DNA of 64,000 bases from an uncultured Dehalococcoidia bacterium (GTDB lineage Bacteria; Chloroflexota; Dehalococcoidia; Lucifugimonadales; UBA3495), in the NCBI GenBank assembly GCA_951813535.1, contig OX638345.1:664036-728035 (forward strand), given 5' to 3'. Below are positions 50,151 through 59,749 of this stretch, in pieces. The translations under genes and the position numbers were made by a program. A model generated the notes under the pieces. The model made no database searches. It had not been told where the DNA came from and saw only the letters and a program-made list of their open reading frames with translations. Position 1 is the stretch's first letter. Every line of letters starts with the position of its first letter.

Positions 50151-50348
50151 GGTGTTGGAATCTTGGAAAACATATTCAAGTCATTGTAGCCGTAGGGCCG
50201 GGACGGGTCAAACGGCCCTACGGCTCACGCGTACTCAGATCGGCAGGCCCTCACGCTATGGAGAGAGCATGATTCCGTACCCTATACCGGGCCGCTCGAG
50301 CAGCGGATATGTTCCGATCCGGCGTCGCGTTTGCCGGATGCGATCATC

Positions 50349-51188
50349 CTACCCTCCCGGCGCGCCGGCTCCAGGGCCAGCCGCTTCCAGGCCGCACGCA
50401 ATGAGTCCATAGAAAAACCGGGCGACCGCCAACAGGTCCTCCTCGGTTGCAGAAGGGTTGGACAGCGCCGCAACGGCAGGTTCCAGGAGCGCCAGGACGC
50501 AGGCGTTCTCCTCGCCGCTCGCTTCAATCCCGCGGACTATCGAAGCGAAAGTAATGGCCGAGAACAGGGCGCCGGCAGTGTCCTCGGACAGGCAGCCGAA
50601 TATGAAGATATCCTGCAGCCGGGGTTCATCATCGTCGTGAAAGAACGAGCTCTGCGAAGCTGCCGCCATCCCCTCCTCGCCAAGCGCGGCAGCGATGCAC
50701 GATCGTTCCTCTGCGGAGAATAAAACGAACAGGTCCCCCCACTTGGGGTCAGGATTGGCGCCGTACGGGCCGACCGGAATCAGGCGGTCGTAGAACTCCC
50801 CAAACAGCGTTTTGGAAACCGCACGGACGGGTTCATCCGGTTCCTGTTCGACCCGAAAAGTCACCTGTCGCGCTTCCGGCAAATCCTCCGCGCTCCCGGC
50901 CCGTCGGACCAGCAGGTAGCACACCTCGTCGGGCGAACCCGGCGCATATCCCATCTGATAGCCGTCGTCAGCCCGATATGCCCGCACCGTCTCGTAGCCA
51001 TTGCTATCCGAGCTTCGTATGACGAACCACTCCGCGCCCTCGGAGTCGGTGAAAAACTGCTCCGCTGGCTCTTCCGGCCAATTGGACGGACAGTCGGGTT
51101 CCCGGGCGTAAGCTGCGCCCGCAAATAGAGCAATTGCGACCAGGGCGCCAATGAAGGAAATCGCCGCAACGATGCTTGCCGTTTTCAT
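50349..51188 (-). CDS. Hypothetical secreted protein with Cys-paired internal repeat
   Basis: Signal peptide ending AYA, GAGGTG RBS, two EExxC...C modules. Confidence 0.75.
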   Translation of the reverse strand: MKTASIVAAISFIGALVAIALFAGAAYAREPDCPSNWPEEPAEQFFTDSEGAEWFVIRSSDSNGYETVRAYRADDGYQMGYAPGSPDEVCYLLVRRAGSAEDLPEARQVTFRVEQEPDEPVRAVSKTLFGEFYDRLIPVGPYGANPDPKWGDLFVLFSAEERSCIAAALGEEGMAAASQSSFFHDDDEPRLQDIFIFGCLSEDTAGALFSAITFASIVRGIEASGEENACVLALLEPAVAALSNPSATEEDLLAVARFFYGLIACGLEAAGPGAGAPGG

Positions 51189-51469
51189 ATCAACACCTCA
51201 CCTGGTATTGGCCGGACCGTTGCATGGCCTGCTCGTTCAGGCATGAAGTTGACGAGCAGTCACACGGCCCGGTTGGCGGCCAACCGATAGTATGCAGTCG
51301 GTAAGCCGGCCCGCGTTCATTACGGGCGCACCAGTAGAAGCGGATTTCTTGGCGACCGGAATATCGAAGGACAAGCCCCGACGAAGCGTCAAACGGCGCT
51401 TCGCCGAGGCCTGTATGACCCCCCAGGTATGGTTGAGTTGATTCGGCCTGATGTGACTGCGCGTCTGGC

Positions 51470-51733
51470 CTATCCGCCGCCAATCGCCGGTACGAAGTGT
51501 ATCTCAGCGTTTTCCCCGACCCGCTCCATCAGGCCCATGCGCGCAACTTCGCCGTCCACCGCCACCGCCAGGTTGGACCGGATTTCGCCGTCTTCCATCA
51601 GCCGGTTGGCGATGCCGGGGAACTGCTCATCCAATTGCTCGATCACCTGCCGCACGTTGCGGGCAGCGACCTCGACTTCCTTGACCCCACCCGTCGTCGC
51701 CTGCAGCATGGTTGGCACAAACACTCTGGCCAT
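51470..51733 (-). CDS. MoaD/ThiS-family sulfur carrier
   Basis: Ubiquitin-like size, VAVDGE, C-terminal PAIGGG. Confidence 0.9.
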   Translation of the reverse strand: MARVFVPTMLQATTGGVKEVEVAARNVRQVIEQLDEQFPGIANRLMEDGEIRSNLAVAVDGEVARMGLMERVGENAEIHFVPAIGGG

Positions 51734-51792
51734 GACCCTCACCCCCTTGCGTCGATACTGATTTCCATCATAGGTCGCCGACCGCGTCGGGC

Positions 51793-52254
51793 TCAACACG
51801 CGGCGATGTTGGCGTCCGGTGGGATGATGCCGTTGGCGCGCTGCAACTCCCGGATGTAGCAGATGATGTTCGGTATGTCCTCGTCCGCCACCGTGGGCAC
51901 GGGCAGCATGTTCCCAAACTGCCAGTGGTGCGCCGGAACCCCGTTCCTCACCGCGCTCTGGATGCTGAAGTCTTGATGGTGCCCCGGCTCGTAGATCTTG
52001 TGCACCAGGGGAGGGCCAAGGCCCGTGCCCGAGGCATTGGGCCCGTGGCACAGCACGCAGTTGGCGTTGAACACCTGCTCGCCGGCGCGCGCGTTCGCGG
52101 ACAGGTCGGGTACGACCACTGCCGAAGCGCCGGAGGCGGGTTGGGTGGCCTGGTAGGCCGGCGCCGCCGGTTCTTCGGCCGAACAACCCACCAGGGCCAG
52201 CGCCAGCAGCGCCACCGCCAATATTCCGACCACCCATGCGCGCAGCATGTTCAT
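51793..52254 (-). CDS. Monoheme cytochrome c lipoprotein
   Basis: Lipobox LVGC, CVLCH heme motif, YEPGHH..AHHWQFGNM. Confidence 0.9.
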   Translation of the reverse strand: MNMLRAWVVGILAVALLALALVGCSAEEPAAPAYQATQPASGASAVVVPDLSANARAGEQVFNANCVLCHGPNASGTGLGPPLVHKIYEPGHHQDFSIQSAVRNGVPAHHWQFGNMLPVPTVADEDIPNIICYIRELQRANGIIPPDANIAAC

Positions 52255-52320
52255 CGACCTGGAGATGGGTGGCGAAGCCGCGCCGAGGGTAGGCACGGGC
52301 TCGTCGCCCCCTCGCAGAGC

Positions 52321-53259
52321 CTACGTGCCCAGGGGTCCGTGGAAGCGCGGCAGGATTTCCTCTCCGGCCTGTTCCAGTTGTTCCATGGACTCCGTGCCGG
52401 CGCAGAGGGGCCGGATCACGAACTTGAACCCGCCGGCGTCGATGTACTGGTCAATGAAGTCGCCGATCTGCTCCGAGGTGCCGACCGCCGAATACTCGGT
52501 GAAGTGCGCGTCCGGACGCTGACGGGTGACGAACTGCTCGGACCTGGCTTCGCCCTCTTTCGGGTCGTCGCAGATGTAGTAGCCGATGAGGACGCCCACG
52601 TGGTCTTCCTCGATCTCGCGGTCGTACTGCTGGGCCGTCTCAAACATGATCTCCCGGCCGGAGCGGATCTCCTCGGGGGTTGCGCTGGACACCAGCCAGC
52701 CGTCTCCAACGCGGCCCACGCGCCGCGCCGCAGCCGGACTGCGCCCGCCGATCCATACCGGAGGCGAGGGCTTCAGGAAGGTGCGCGGAGTTACCGACAC
52801 GTTGTGGGTGGTGAAGAACTCGCCCTCGTGGGTGACGCCTTCCTCCTCCCACAGCCGGCGCATCAGTTCGATGGCTTCGTCGGTGCGTCGCGCGCGGTCG
52901 GCCTTGGGCACTCCGCAGGCCTCGTACTCGTCCGGATCCTCCTGACCCAGGCCGACGGCGGGGAAGAACCGGCCCTGGGAGAGCCAGTCCAGCGTTGCCA
53001 CCTGCTTCGCCAGCACCACCGGGTTGCGCAGCGGCAGCGCCAGCACGCTGGTGCCGAACTTCAGACGGTCCGAATAGCCGGCCACCAGGGACAGCGCGAC
53101 CATTGGCTCCAGGCTGAACCGGTCGCTGCAGATGCGGTCGCTGAGCCAGATGGAGTCGTACTCGTACCGGTCGCCCAGTTCCACCAGGGTGCGGAGGAAG
53201 TTGGGGTCGTCGCCTCCCTGTCCGAATGCTCCGGGGACGTAGCCGATGGCAACGCTCAT
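52321..53259 (-). CDS. LLM-class oxidoreductase (possibly F420-dependent)
   Basis: YDSIWLSD, LKFGTSVLALPLRNPVVLAKQVATLD, PPVWIGG. AAGGAGG RBS. Confidence 0.9.
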   Translation of the reverse strand: MSVAIGYVPGAFGQGGDDPNFLRTLVELGDRYEYDSIWLSDRICSDRFSLEPMVALSLVAGYSDRLKFGTSVLALPLRNPVVLAKQVATLDWLSQGRFFPAVGLGQEDPDEYEACGVPKADRARRTDEAIELMRRLWEEEGVTHEGEFFTTHNVSVTPRTFLKPSPPVWIGGRSPAAARRVGRVGDGWLVSSATPEEIRSGREIMFETAQQYDREIEEDHVGVLIGYYICDDPKEGEARSEQFVTRQRPDAHFTEYSAVGTSEQIGDFIDQYIDAGGFKFVIRPLCAGTESMEQLEQAGEEILPRFHGPLGT

Positions 53260-53365
53260 GGTCTGTTCCTCCTTGGTGGTCGGTGATCGCGTGGCCCGTA
53301 TTGTAGCAAAGGCCAGCGCGTCCGTTGCGGCTGCCGCTGTCTCCTGCGGTCGGTGGCTATACGAA

Positions 53366-54307
53366 TCAGCCCCGGATGGGATCCAGTCCGGCCTCGGCCC
53401 GAGCGTCGTTGATGTGGTCCAGGACTCGCATGCGCAGGGGCGGCAGTTCGTAGCCCACGTCGGCCATCATGCGGCTGTTGTCCACCAGGTACACGTGGGG
53501 CACCGGGCGGTTCCCGGTGGTGATGCTGGCATCAGGGATGTAGGATCGCACAATGTCGGCCACGTCGGCGATGGTCGCCAGTTCGCCGCCGCTGATGTAG
53601 ATGTGGTGGTTCAGCGTTTCGGCCAGCGCGACGCGAACGAATATCTCGGCGGCGTCCTCTGAATGGATCATCGGCGACGCTTCCTGCGGGTCGAAGTCCA
53701 TGCTGACCGGTTGCCCGATGGCTGGCAGGGACATCATCAGGCCCCCGATCATGCCGGTCATCCCCGTGACCCGACCGTGTCCGAAGACGGTGCAGATGCG
53801 CACGCCGCGAATGTCCAGCCCGTGCAGGGAGCGGTAGCGGGCAGCGGCGAAGTCGTTCACCGCCTTGGTCATGCCGTAAACGTTGATCGGCGCCGGCAGG
53901 TCGTCCTCGATCAGTGGCCGGTCCCCAAAGGTCTCCTGCACGCCATAGACCGCAATGCTGCTGGCATACACCACGCGGCGGATGTTGCCCCAGCGGGCGG
54001 CCTCGAAGATATTGTTGGTGCCATCGATGTTCACGGCCATGCCGGTGGCGGGCCGGTCCTCGGTGTCGGGCGGCAACAGGGCGGCCATGTGGATGATGCG
54101 GTCCACGTTGTGACGGTTGACGGCTTCCAGCAGGTGGTCCAGGCGGGTGACGTCGCCCCGGTAGAAGGCGACGCGGTCCATCAGGGGCTGCAGATTCGCC
54201 CGCGGCGGAGCCAGGTCAAAGCAGACCACCTCCTCGCCCCGTTCCAGCAGCTTGCGTATGATGCGGTTCCCGATAAACCCGGTGCCGCCGGTAACCATCA
54301 CTGACAT
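53366..54307 (-). CDS. NAD-dependent epimerase/dehydratase
   Basis: TGGTGFIG, YASSIAVYG, YGMTK. Confidence 0.92.
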   Translation of the reverse strand: MSVMVTGGTGFIGNRIIRKLLERGEEVVCFDLAPPRANLQPLMDRVAFYRGDVTRLDHLLEAVNRHNVDRIIHMAALLPPDTEDRPATGMAVNIDGTNNIFEAARWGNIRRVVYASSIAVYGVQETFGDRPLIEDDLPAPINVYGMTKAVNDFAAARYRSLHGLDIRGVRICTVFGHGRVTGMTGMIGGLMMSLPAIGQPVSMDFDPQEASPMIHSEDAAEIFVRVALAETLNHHIYISGGELATIADVADIVRSYIPDASITTGNRPVPHVYLVDNSRMMADVGYELPPLRMRVLDHINDARAEAGLDPIRG

Positions 54308-54360
54308 CAATTGACCTCCGATTGTCGTTTGCTAAAGAGCCTTTGGACGCTGGTCCGAGC

Positions 54361-54567
54361 TTATTCCTTTTTGGTCCGATTGCTGGGTGTGCTTGCGTTT
54401 TTGGGAGGTTGCCACTGTTTGGGAATTGCGCTGCTGGTTCGGACGAGTGGCGGTCCGCTTTGATGGCCAAATTGCCACGTTTTAATTTCGGTGGTTTCGA
54501 TTTGAAGCTCGCTTGTGTCCGCGTTATTGTCCGGTTGGAGGTTCTGTTTGCCGCGTTGGTTAGCCAC
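54361..54567 (-). CDS. Small basic peptide 2 (68 aa, WQPP motif)
   Basis: AGGAGG RBS 6 nt before a GTG that overlaps the stop of peptide 1. MANQRGKQ...KQWQPPKNASTPSNRTKKE. Confidence 0.65.
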   Translation of the reverse strand: MANQRGKQNLQPDNNADTSELQIETTEIKTWQFGHQSGPPLVRTSSAIPKQWQPPKNASTPSNRTKKE

Positions 54568-54742
54568 TTTTAACCTCCTGATCGATGTTCTGTTTCTTCC
54601 GGTCAGCGGGTGTTGTGCCTTTAGTCGGAGGTTGCCACTTCTTGGCCTTGCCGCCGGCTGGTCGCGGCATTGGCTGGCCACCTCCACGCCGCTTCTCCAT
54701 TGGGACCGTCCTTGCGTGCGGATCAAATTCCTTGTCGTTCAT
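54560..54742 (-). CDS. Small basic peptide 1 (60 aa, WQPP motif)
   Basis: GGAGG RBS inside the end of the upstream gene. MNDKEFD...KKWQPPTKGTTPADRKKQ... Confidence 0.65.
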   Translation of the reverse strand: MNDKEFDPHARTVPMEKRRGGGQPMPRPAGGKAKKWQPPTKGTTPADRKKQNIDQEVKSG

Positions 54743-54747
54743 CAGTT

Positions 54748-55446
54748 TCACGCCTCCGTATTTATGTGTACGGCTCTTCTGTACCAACCCTCGGCAAATT
54801 TAGGTTCCGATGCGTTGGCAACCCACGCCGAGACTGCGACCGACGTAATCTCCGCAGGGATGACGAAATCGTATGTGACTTGATGGGTCTCATTGGGTTC
54901 AATCACAACCTCTTGCGCCATCTGTTCTTCCTGTAGCAGGTGCCACGGAAATTCGACAGACCGGGCACTGGCTGGCGTGCTATCAAAATCTTGTTGCATT
55001 TCCGCAATACTGTCGTCATCGTACGGCGATAAAGCTTTTAAAGTCCAGTACACCCTATCAACCCGGCACAATCCCGTGCCGGTATTCTTTGCATTCAAGG
55101 TCACTATCACGGCGTCGTAACTCTGGCTCGCCGGAACCCTTCTCAACTGCAAATCCATAGTCAACCCGGGGATGTGTTCTCGACCACGCCGGTAGTTCCG
55201 GTCAGCTACGTAAAGTGTAACCAGGAACGCTGCTGCCGTACCCGACGTGCCAACCACCATTCCCAACCTCCCGACATCGATTGAAGCAATCACCGGAGGC
55301 GAAGCAGCGCCTGTCCAAGTATAGGTGCTCTGCGTAACAGCGACAGCTAAGGTGAACGCTAGTGAAATTACGAAGGTGATGATTGCCGCTTTCGGAATCC
55401 AACTGCCGGCTATAGCATCTAAAACGTTCCTGATCTCGCTCCCCAT
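54748..55446 (-). CDS. Hypothetical 2-TM protein with C-terminal beta-sandwich-like domain
   Basis: Two N-terminal hydrophobic helices, then VTLNAKNTG...VIEPNETHQVTYDF pattern. Lower GC. Confidence 0.8.
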   Translation of the reverse strand: MGSEIRNVLDAIAGSWIPKAAIITFVISLAFTLAVAVTQSTYTWTGAASPPVIASIDVGRLGMVVGTSGTAAAFLVTLYVADRNYRRGREHIPGLTMDLQLRRVPASQSYDAVIVTLNAKNTGTGLCRVDRVYWTLKALSPYDDDSIAEMQQDFDSTPASARSVEFPWHLLQEEQMAQEVVIEPNETHQVTYDFVIPAEITSVAVSAWVANASEPKFAEGWYRRAVHINTEA

Positions 55447-55452
55447 ATAGTT

Positions 55453-55458
55453 AGTCTA
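55453..55458 (-). promoter_or_regulatory. -10 element TAGACT 6 nt before ATG 55446 (leaderless promoter)
   Basis: Minus strand reads GT TAGACT AACTAT ATG. No SD sequence. Confidence 0.5.
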
Positions 55459-55543
55459 ACTCTGTTGCCCACGTATAGCTTACCCCGCGTGCATCTATCG
55501 CGATGGTCCTCGGGTTACGCCATCGGGGTAGTGCAGGAAGACG

Positions 55544-56164
55544 TTACTTGCTGTTTTGCCCCGGCCCTCTGAACGGGCTGTCAAAATGCTCGCCCATCTT
55601 CAGCGTGCCCAGGACATCATTCCAGACCGACTTTGCGCGTTGAGCGTCCTCCGGCCAGTAGCTGAGGGTGAGCAGCGCATGGATGGACTTCTGGGAATCA
55701 CGGGTGATCGCCTGGATAGAATGGGCCGGACGTTTCTCGCCCGGATCGAAGAACTCAGATTCGATCCACGCCATCTCCAGGTTGCCCATTTTGACGGTGA
55801 TCGGCGACCCCCGTTTGGTGTCCTCCGGGCCCCGGCGCCGGCGCCGGCTTGCTCTGCCGCCGCGGGCGGGGCTATCGTCGGAGGTCACGTCCTTGATCAA
55901 CTGGTGCAGGGGCAAACTGCTCCAGTCAATGTTCATGCCGTAACCGGCATAGAATATCGTGACCTCCAGGACCATGGTGTCGTCGGGGTGTTCGGCGTCG
56001 CGGAACTTCACCGACTTTCGGGAGGGTTCCACCAACCATTCCTGCGGGATTTCAAAGCGCAACGCGCCCCGGTCGGCGATGAACACCTTGTTCCCGGGCT
56101 TGGCCGTCCACCCGTGGTTATCCGGGAGGTTGAAAACTTCTTTCCGCCAATTCTCGTTGTCCAC
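55544..56164 (-). CDS. Hypothetical protein
   Basis: 206-aa ORF with host-like codon usage and TATAAT upstream. No family recognised. Confidence 0.75.
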   Translation of the reverse strand: MDNENWRKEVFNLPDNHGWTAKPGNKVFIADRGALRFEIPQEWLVEPSRKSVKFRDAEHPDDTMVLEVTIFYAGYGMNIDWSSLPLHQLIKDVTSDDSPARGGRASRRRRRGPEDTKRGSPITVKMGNLEMAWIESEFFDPGEKRPAHSIQAITRDSQKSIHALLTLSYWPEDAQRAKSVWNDVLGTLKMGEHFDSPFRGPGQNSK

Positions 56165-56280
56165 CGGTCACCCGCCTTGCGTTCGAGCCGTCCGAAGAGA
56201 TGCCGGCATTATAGACGATGCCGCCGATGGAATTGACGGCGTGGCAGGAACCAGCTTGACCCCGAGTTGGACTGCCTTGC

Positions 56281-57105
56281 CTAACCGTTCCCGCTGCTCA
56301 CGTCGCGGCGTTCCGTCACCAGCGCCGCCAGCGCCGCGAAGACGCCGGCATAGGCCACTACCGCCGGCAGGAACACCCACGGACCGAACTCGTCGTCGCG
56401 CCCCATCAGGCCACGAGTGGTTCCCCACAGCGTCCAGCGCGTGTAGTCGCCCAGGTTCACGTCCAGCGCCAGTTGGGAAATCGCGCCGGCCGCCGGGTAC
56501 GCGATCGATTCGACAATCAAAACAGCGATGCCAACGCCCAGTCCGAAGGCGGTGGAACGGCCCAAGGCGCACAGCAGCGCCCCCAGCAACAGGTAAGCGA
56601 TTGCGACGGGCCACGCGGATGCGAACCTCCCCGCGCTCTCAACCCAGCCGCCCGAGTCCCACGGCATGATTTCCACCCCGTTCGTCGACGCGTCCGCCGC
56701 AACCAGTCCCACCGCCGCGGCCAACAGCCATGACGCGACCCAGACGGCCGCCAGGATTGACGCCGCCAGCGCAAGTTTCGCCGTCACCACCTGCCAGCGG
56801 GGCTGTCCCCGGGCGAACAGCGGGCGGAAGGTTCCCCATCCGTAGTCGCTGCCAAAGACCGTTCCGGCCAGGATGATCCCGAGGAACGGGCCAAGCCGCG
56901 AAAGCAATTCGAAAACCAGCAGGGGATATCCGTATGGCGGTATGAAAAAGTCGGACTGGATCAGCCGCAGCACTCCGGCAGACACCACCAGCGTCCCCAC
57001 CACCGCGAGCGCCAGCAGGCCCAGGATCACCCAGAATTCCGTCCGCCGGCACAGTCGGAACCACTCCCACCGGATGGTGTTGGTCATGACTGCAAAGCTG
57101 GTCAT
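56281..57105 (-). CDS. ABC-2 type exporter permease
   Basis: IRWEWFRL, GSDYGWGT...RGQPR..VVTAKL, about 6 TM. ATGA coupling. Confidence 0.88.
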   Translation of the reverse strand: MTSFAVMTNTIRWEWFRLCRRTEFWVILGLLALAVVGTLVVSAGVLRLIQSDFFIPPYGYPLLVFELLSRLGPFLGIILAGTVFGSDYGWGTFRPLFARGQPRWQVVTAKLALAASILAAVWVASWLLAAAVGLVAADASTNGVEIMPWDSGGWVESAGRFASAWPVAIAYLLLGALLCALGRSTAFGLGVGIAVLIVESIAYPAAGAISQLALDVNLGDYTRWTLWGTTRGLMGRDDEFGPWVFLPAVVAYAGVFAALAALVTERRDVSSGNG

Positions 57106-58055
57106 TCGGGTTCCGCTCCCGCCTCGCCGGTAACTTCCATAAATCCAGCCTCCAGCGAACCGGACGACGGCCGCAGCTGGGAGATGTACACGCCGGCGTT
57201 GGCCAGGTCCCGGCTGACTTCCCACTCGCGTCCCGCCGCGACCGCCACCTCCAGGCCGTCCTCGGACCGGATCCTGATTTCCCAGCCGGCATCCGTCAGC
57301 ACGGACGCCGCGGCGTCATCGTCGGTGGTGCGTACCAGCGCCGAGGCGGGGGCGCCCATGCCGGCAACGGAGCCGCAGTAAAGCAGTTTGCCCCGTCTCA
57401 GGATGGCAACCTGGTCGCAAACCTGTTCCACCTCGTTCAGCAGATGGCTCGCCAGGATCACGGTGCGCCGACCGTTGACGGCCAGGTCGCGAATAAGATC
57501 GCGCACTTCGACGATCCCAACCGGGTCGAGCCCGTTGGTCGGCTCGTCGAGGATCAGCAGCGACGGGTCGCCCAGCAGAGTGGCGGCGATTCCCAGCCGC
57601 TGTTTCATGCCCGTGGAGCAGGCGCGAAACCTGCGGCGGGCCGCTTCGCCACCCAGGTTGACGGCGTCCAGCAGGTCCTCGACCTCCCCGTCGCCGCCGT
57701 CCGATTCATAAACGCCCTGCAGGCACTTCAGGTTGTCCCGGCAGGACAGATAGGGCCAGAAGATCGGGCGCTCGATGAGCGTTCCAACGTTGTCCAATGC
57801 CTGAGCCTGCCCTGCCGGTCCGTCGTGCCCGAACAGGCTGACCGTTCCGTCGGTGGGACGGATGAAACCGGATAGCATGGACAGGAGGGTGGTCTTGCCG
57901 GACCCGTTGGGGCCAAGCAATCCGAACACGCCGCCGGAGGGAATGTCCAGGCTCACGTCGTCCACCGCCGTAACCCGGCCGAACCGCTTGGTCAGGCCCG
58001 AAACCGAGACGGCCGGCACGGCCCCCTGCGATGACGCGGAAACGGCGTCCGTCAC
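57102..58055 (-). CDS. ABC exporter ATP-binding protein (BcrA-like)
   Basis: GPNGSGKTT, CSTGMKQRLG, LILDEPTNGLDP, SHLL. Confidence 0.93.
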   Translation of the reverse strand: MTDAVSASSQGAVPAVSVSGLTKRFGRVTAVDDVSLDIPSGGVFGLLGPNGSGKTTLLSMLSGFIRPTDGTVSLFGHDGPAGQAQALDNVGTLIERPIFWPYLSCRDNLKCLQGVYESDGGDGEVEDLLDAVNLGGEAARRRFRACSTGMKQRLGIAATLLGDPSLLILDEPTNGLDPVGIVEVRDLIRDLAVNGRRTVILASHLLNEVEQVCDQVAILRRGKLLYCGSVAGMGAPASALVRTTDDDAAASVLTDAGWEIRIRSEDGLEVAVAAGREWEVSRDLANAGVYISQLRPSSGSLEAGFMEVTGEAGAEPE

Positions 58056-58064
58056 GGCAGCCGA

Positions 58065-59267
58065 TCAGACCAGGACGTCAAAGCCATAGCCGGCGTTGTT
58101 CAGGGCGCCGTCCCCAAATCGGGACAGCTTCAGCGGCGAGATGTCCACGGTCGTCGCCGCGCCGCTGCCAATCAACTCGGCCATCACCACGCCCACCATG
58201 GGAGACAGCTTGAAGCCGTGACCGCTGAAACCGGTGCACAGGTAGAGTCCGTCCACATCCTCGACTCGATCCATGATGGGATGGGAGTCGGGCGTATTGG
58301 TGTACAGCCCGGCGTAGCCCGCCGCCAGTTCCGCGTCGGCGATGGCCGGGATCCGCCGCGCCAGACGCTGCCAGACGTCCTCGATGAACGATGGACTGGC
58401 CCGTTGGGCGAACACCTCCGGATCCTCCACAACGTCCGAGTGGTTGCCGTTGCCCACCAGGGTCAGGTCCTGGCCCTCGGGCCGGAAGTAGATGCGATTG
58501 CCGATGTCGGCCCCGCCCGGATGGTAGGGCACGACATCCAGCGGCCGGCGGAAGTGCAGGACTTCGTGGCGCGTCGCGACGAGGGGCACGTCGATGCCGT
58601 GAGGCGTGAGGAAGCGCGCCGTCCACGGACCGGTGGCTACCACCACGATGCCGGTCTCGATCCGCTCTCCGGTTGCGGTTTTCACCGCCACAACCCGGCT
58701 GCCGTCTTCGCTGGTTTCGATGGCATCCGCAGCGGTTTGCAGCCGGATGGTTACTCCCTCGCTGCGGGCCCGGGTGGCGTAGGCGTAGGCGGTCCCCGAG
58801 GCGTCGGCGTGGCCGGAATAGGGCTCGTAGGCGATGGCTGCCGCGTCGGCAACCTCGAACCCGGGAGCCAGCTCCGCCGCGTCGGCGGCGCTGATGATAT
58901 CGGTGATCACGCCCACCGACTGCTGGGTGGCGATGTTGGCCCGGAAGGACGGCAAGTCCTCTTCGCCCGCGAACACCAGGTAACCGGTGCGAGTGTAACC
59001 GCACTCGCCGCCGATCAGGTCGGCGAAGTTGCGGAAGATGTGCAGGCTCCGCCAGGCCAGTTCGGCGTTGACAGCAGTGGAGTAGTGCATGCGCACCGCC
59101 CCGCTGCTCCGCCCGGTGGAGCCGCTGCCCAGGGTGTCGCGCTCCAGGAGCACAATGCGGCGCAACCCGTGGTCGGCGGCGGTCAGCGCCAGGTTGCAGG
59201 CGATGCTGCAGCCCATGACGCCTCCCCCGATGATCACGACATCGGCGGTTTCGGTCGCCCTGGTCAT
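58065..59267 (-). CDS. FAD-dependent oxidoreductase (DAO/sarcosine oxidase beta-like)
   Basis: IIGGGVMG, GSTGRSSG, TPDSHPI, GFSGHGFKLSP. Confidence 0.92.
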   Translation of the reverse strand: MTRATETADVVIIGGGVMGCSIACNLALTAADHGLRRIVLLERDTLGSGSTGRSSGAVRMHYSTAVNAELAWRSLHIFRNFADLIGGECGYTRTGYLVFAGEEDLPSFRANIATQQSVGVITDIISAADAAELAPGFEVADAAAIAYEPYSGHADASGTAYAYATRARSEGVTIRLQTAADAIETSEDGSRVVAVKTATGERIETGIVVVATGPWTARFLTPHGIDVPLVATRHEVLHFRRPLDVVPYHPGGADIGNRIYFRPEGQDLTLVGNGNHSDVVEDPEVFAQRASPSFIEDVWQRLARRIPAIADAELAAGYAGLYTNTPDSHPIMDRVEDVDGLYLCTGFSGHGFKLSPMVGVVMAELIGSGAATTVDISPLKLSRFGDGALNNAGYGFDVLV

Positions 59268-59749
59268 GGTGCAGCCGCGTCCACTGGGCAGAGTTCCTGG
59301 AGAAGGTCGATCGCTGCTATAACTTCGCGCGTGTTAGCGGTGACTGTAGCGCCAGACAGATCGTTTTCATACCAATGTTGGTGCAGGCTTCTGGCTGTCG
59401 AAAGGCCTTGACGCAACGTGTCTCCGGCAGCGGTGTCCACCGTTCCCACCAGCAGGGCTATTCGGTCGGCCGCCCCGATGATGCTCGCGTGGTGAGTCAC
59501 GCGCAAGCCATGGTCAGCTGCGACGGCCTTGATGGTCTGGGCGTATGCTCCCCAAGATTTTTCCGCCGCCTGAAGACAATCCCCTTCGTCGAGGCTCTTC
59601 TGGGCGTGGTCACGATAATGGGCCAAATTGCCGCGATAGACCTCAGCCTGTTGCGACCCTTCGGTCACAGACAGGTCCACCGGCTGCCGGCCTTCCCTGA
59701 GGCCGGCGCGTATCGCCTCGGTCACTTGTTCAGTAGAGAAGCCAGTCAT
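59264..59749 (-). CDS. PaREP1 family (HEPN-like) protein
   Basis: GDCLQAAEKSWGA...IKAVA...H...ARSLHQHWYE. Confidence 0.82.
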   Translation of the reverse strand: MTGFSTEQVTEAIRAGLREGRQPVDLSVTEGSQQAEVYRGNLAHYRDHAQKSLDEGDCLQAAEKSWGAYAQTIKAVAADHGLRVTHHASIIGAADRIALLVGTVDTAAGDTLRQGLSTARSLHQHWYENDLSGATVTANTREVIAAIDLLQELCPVDAAAP

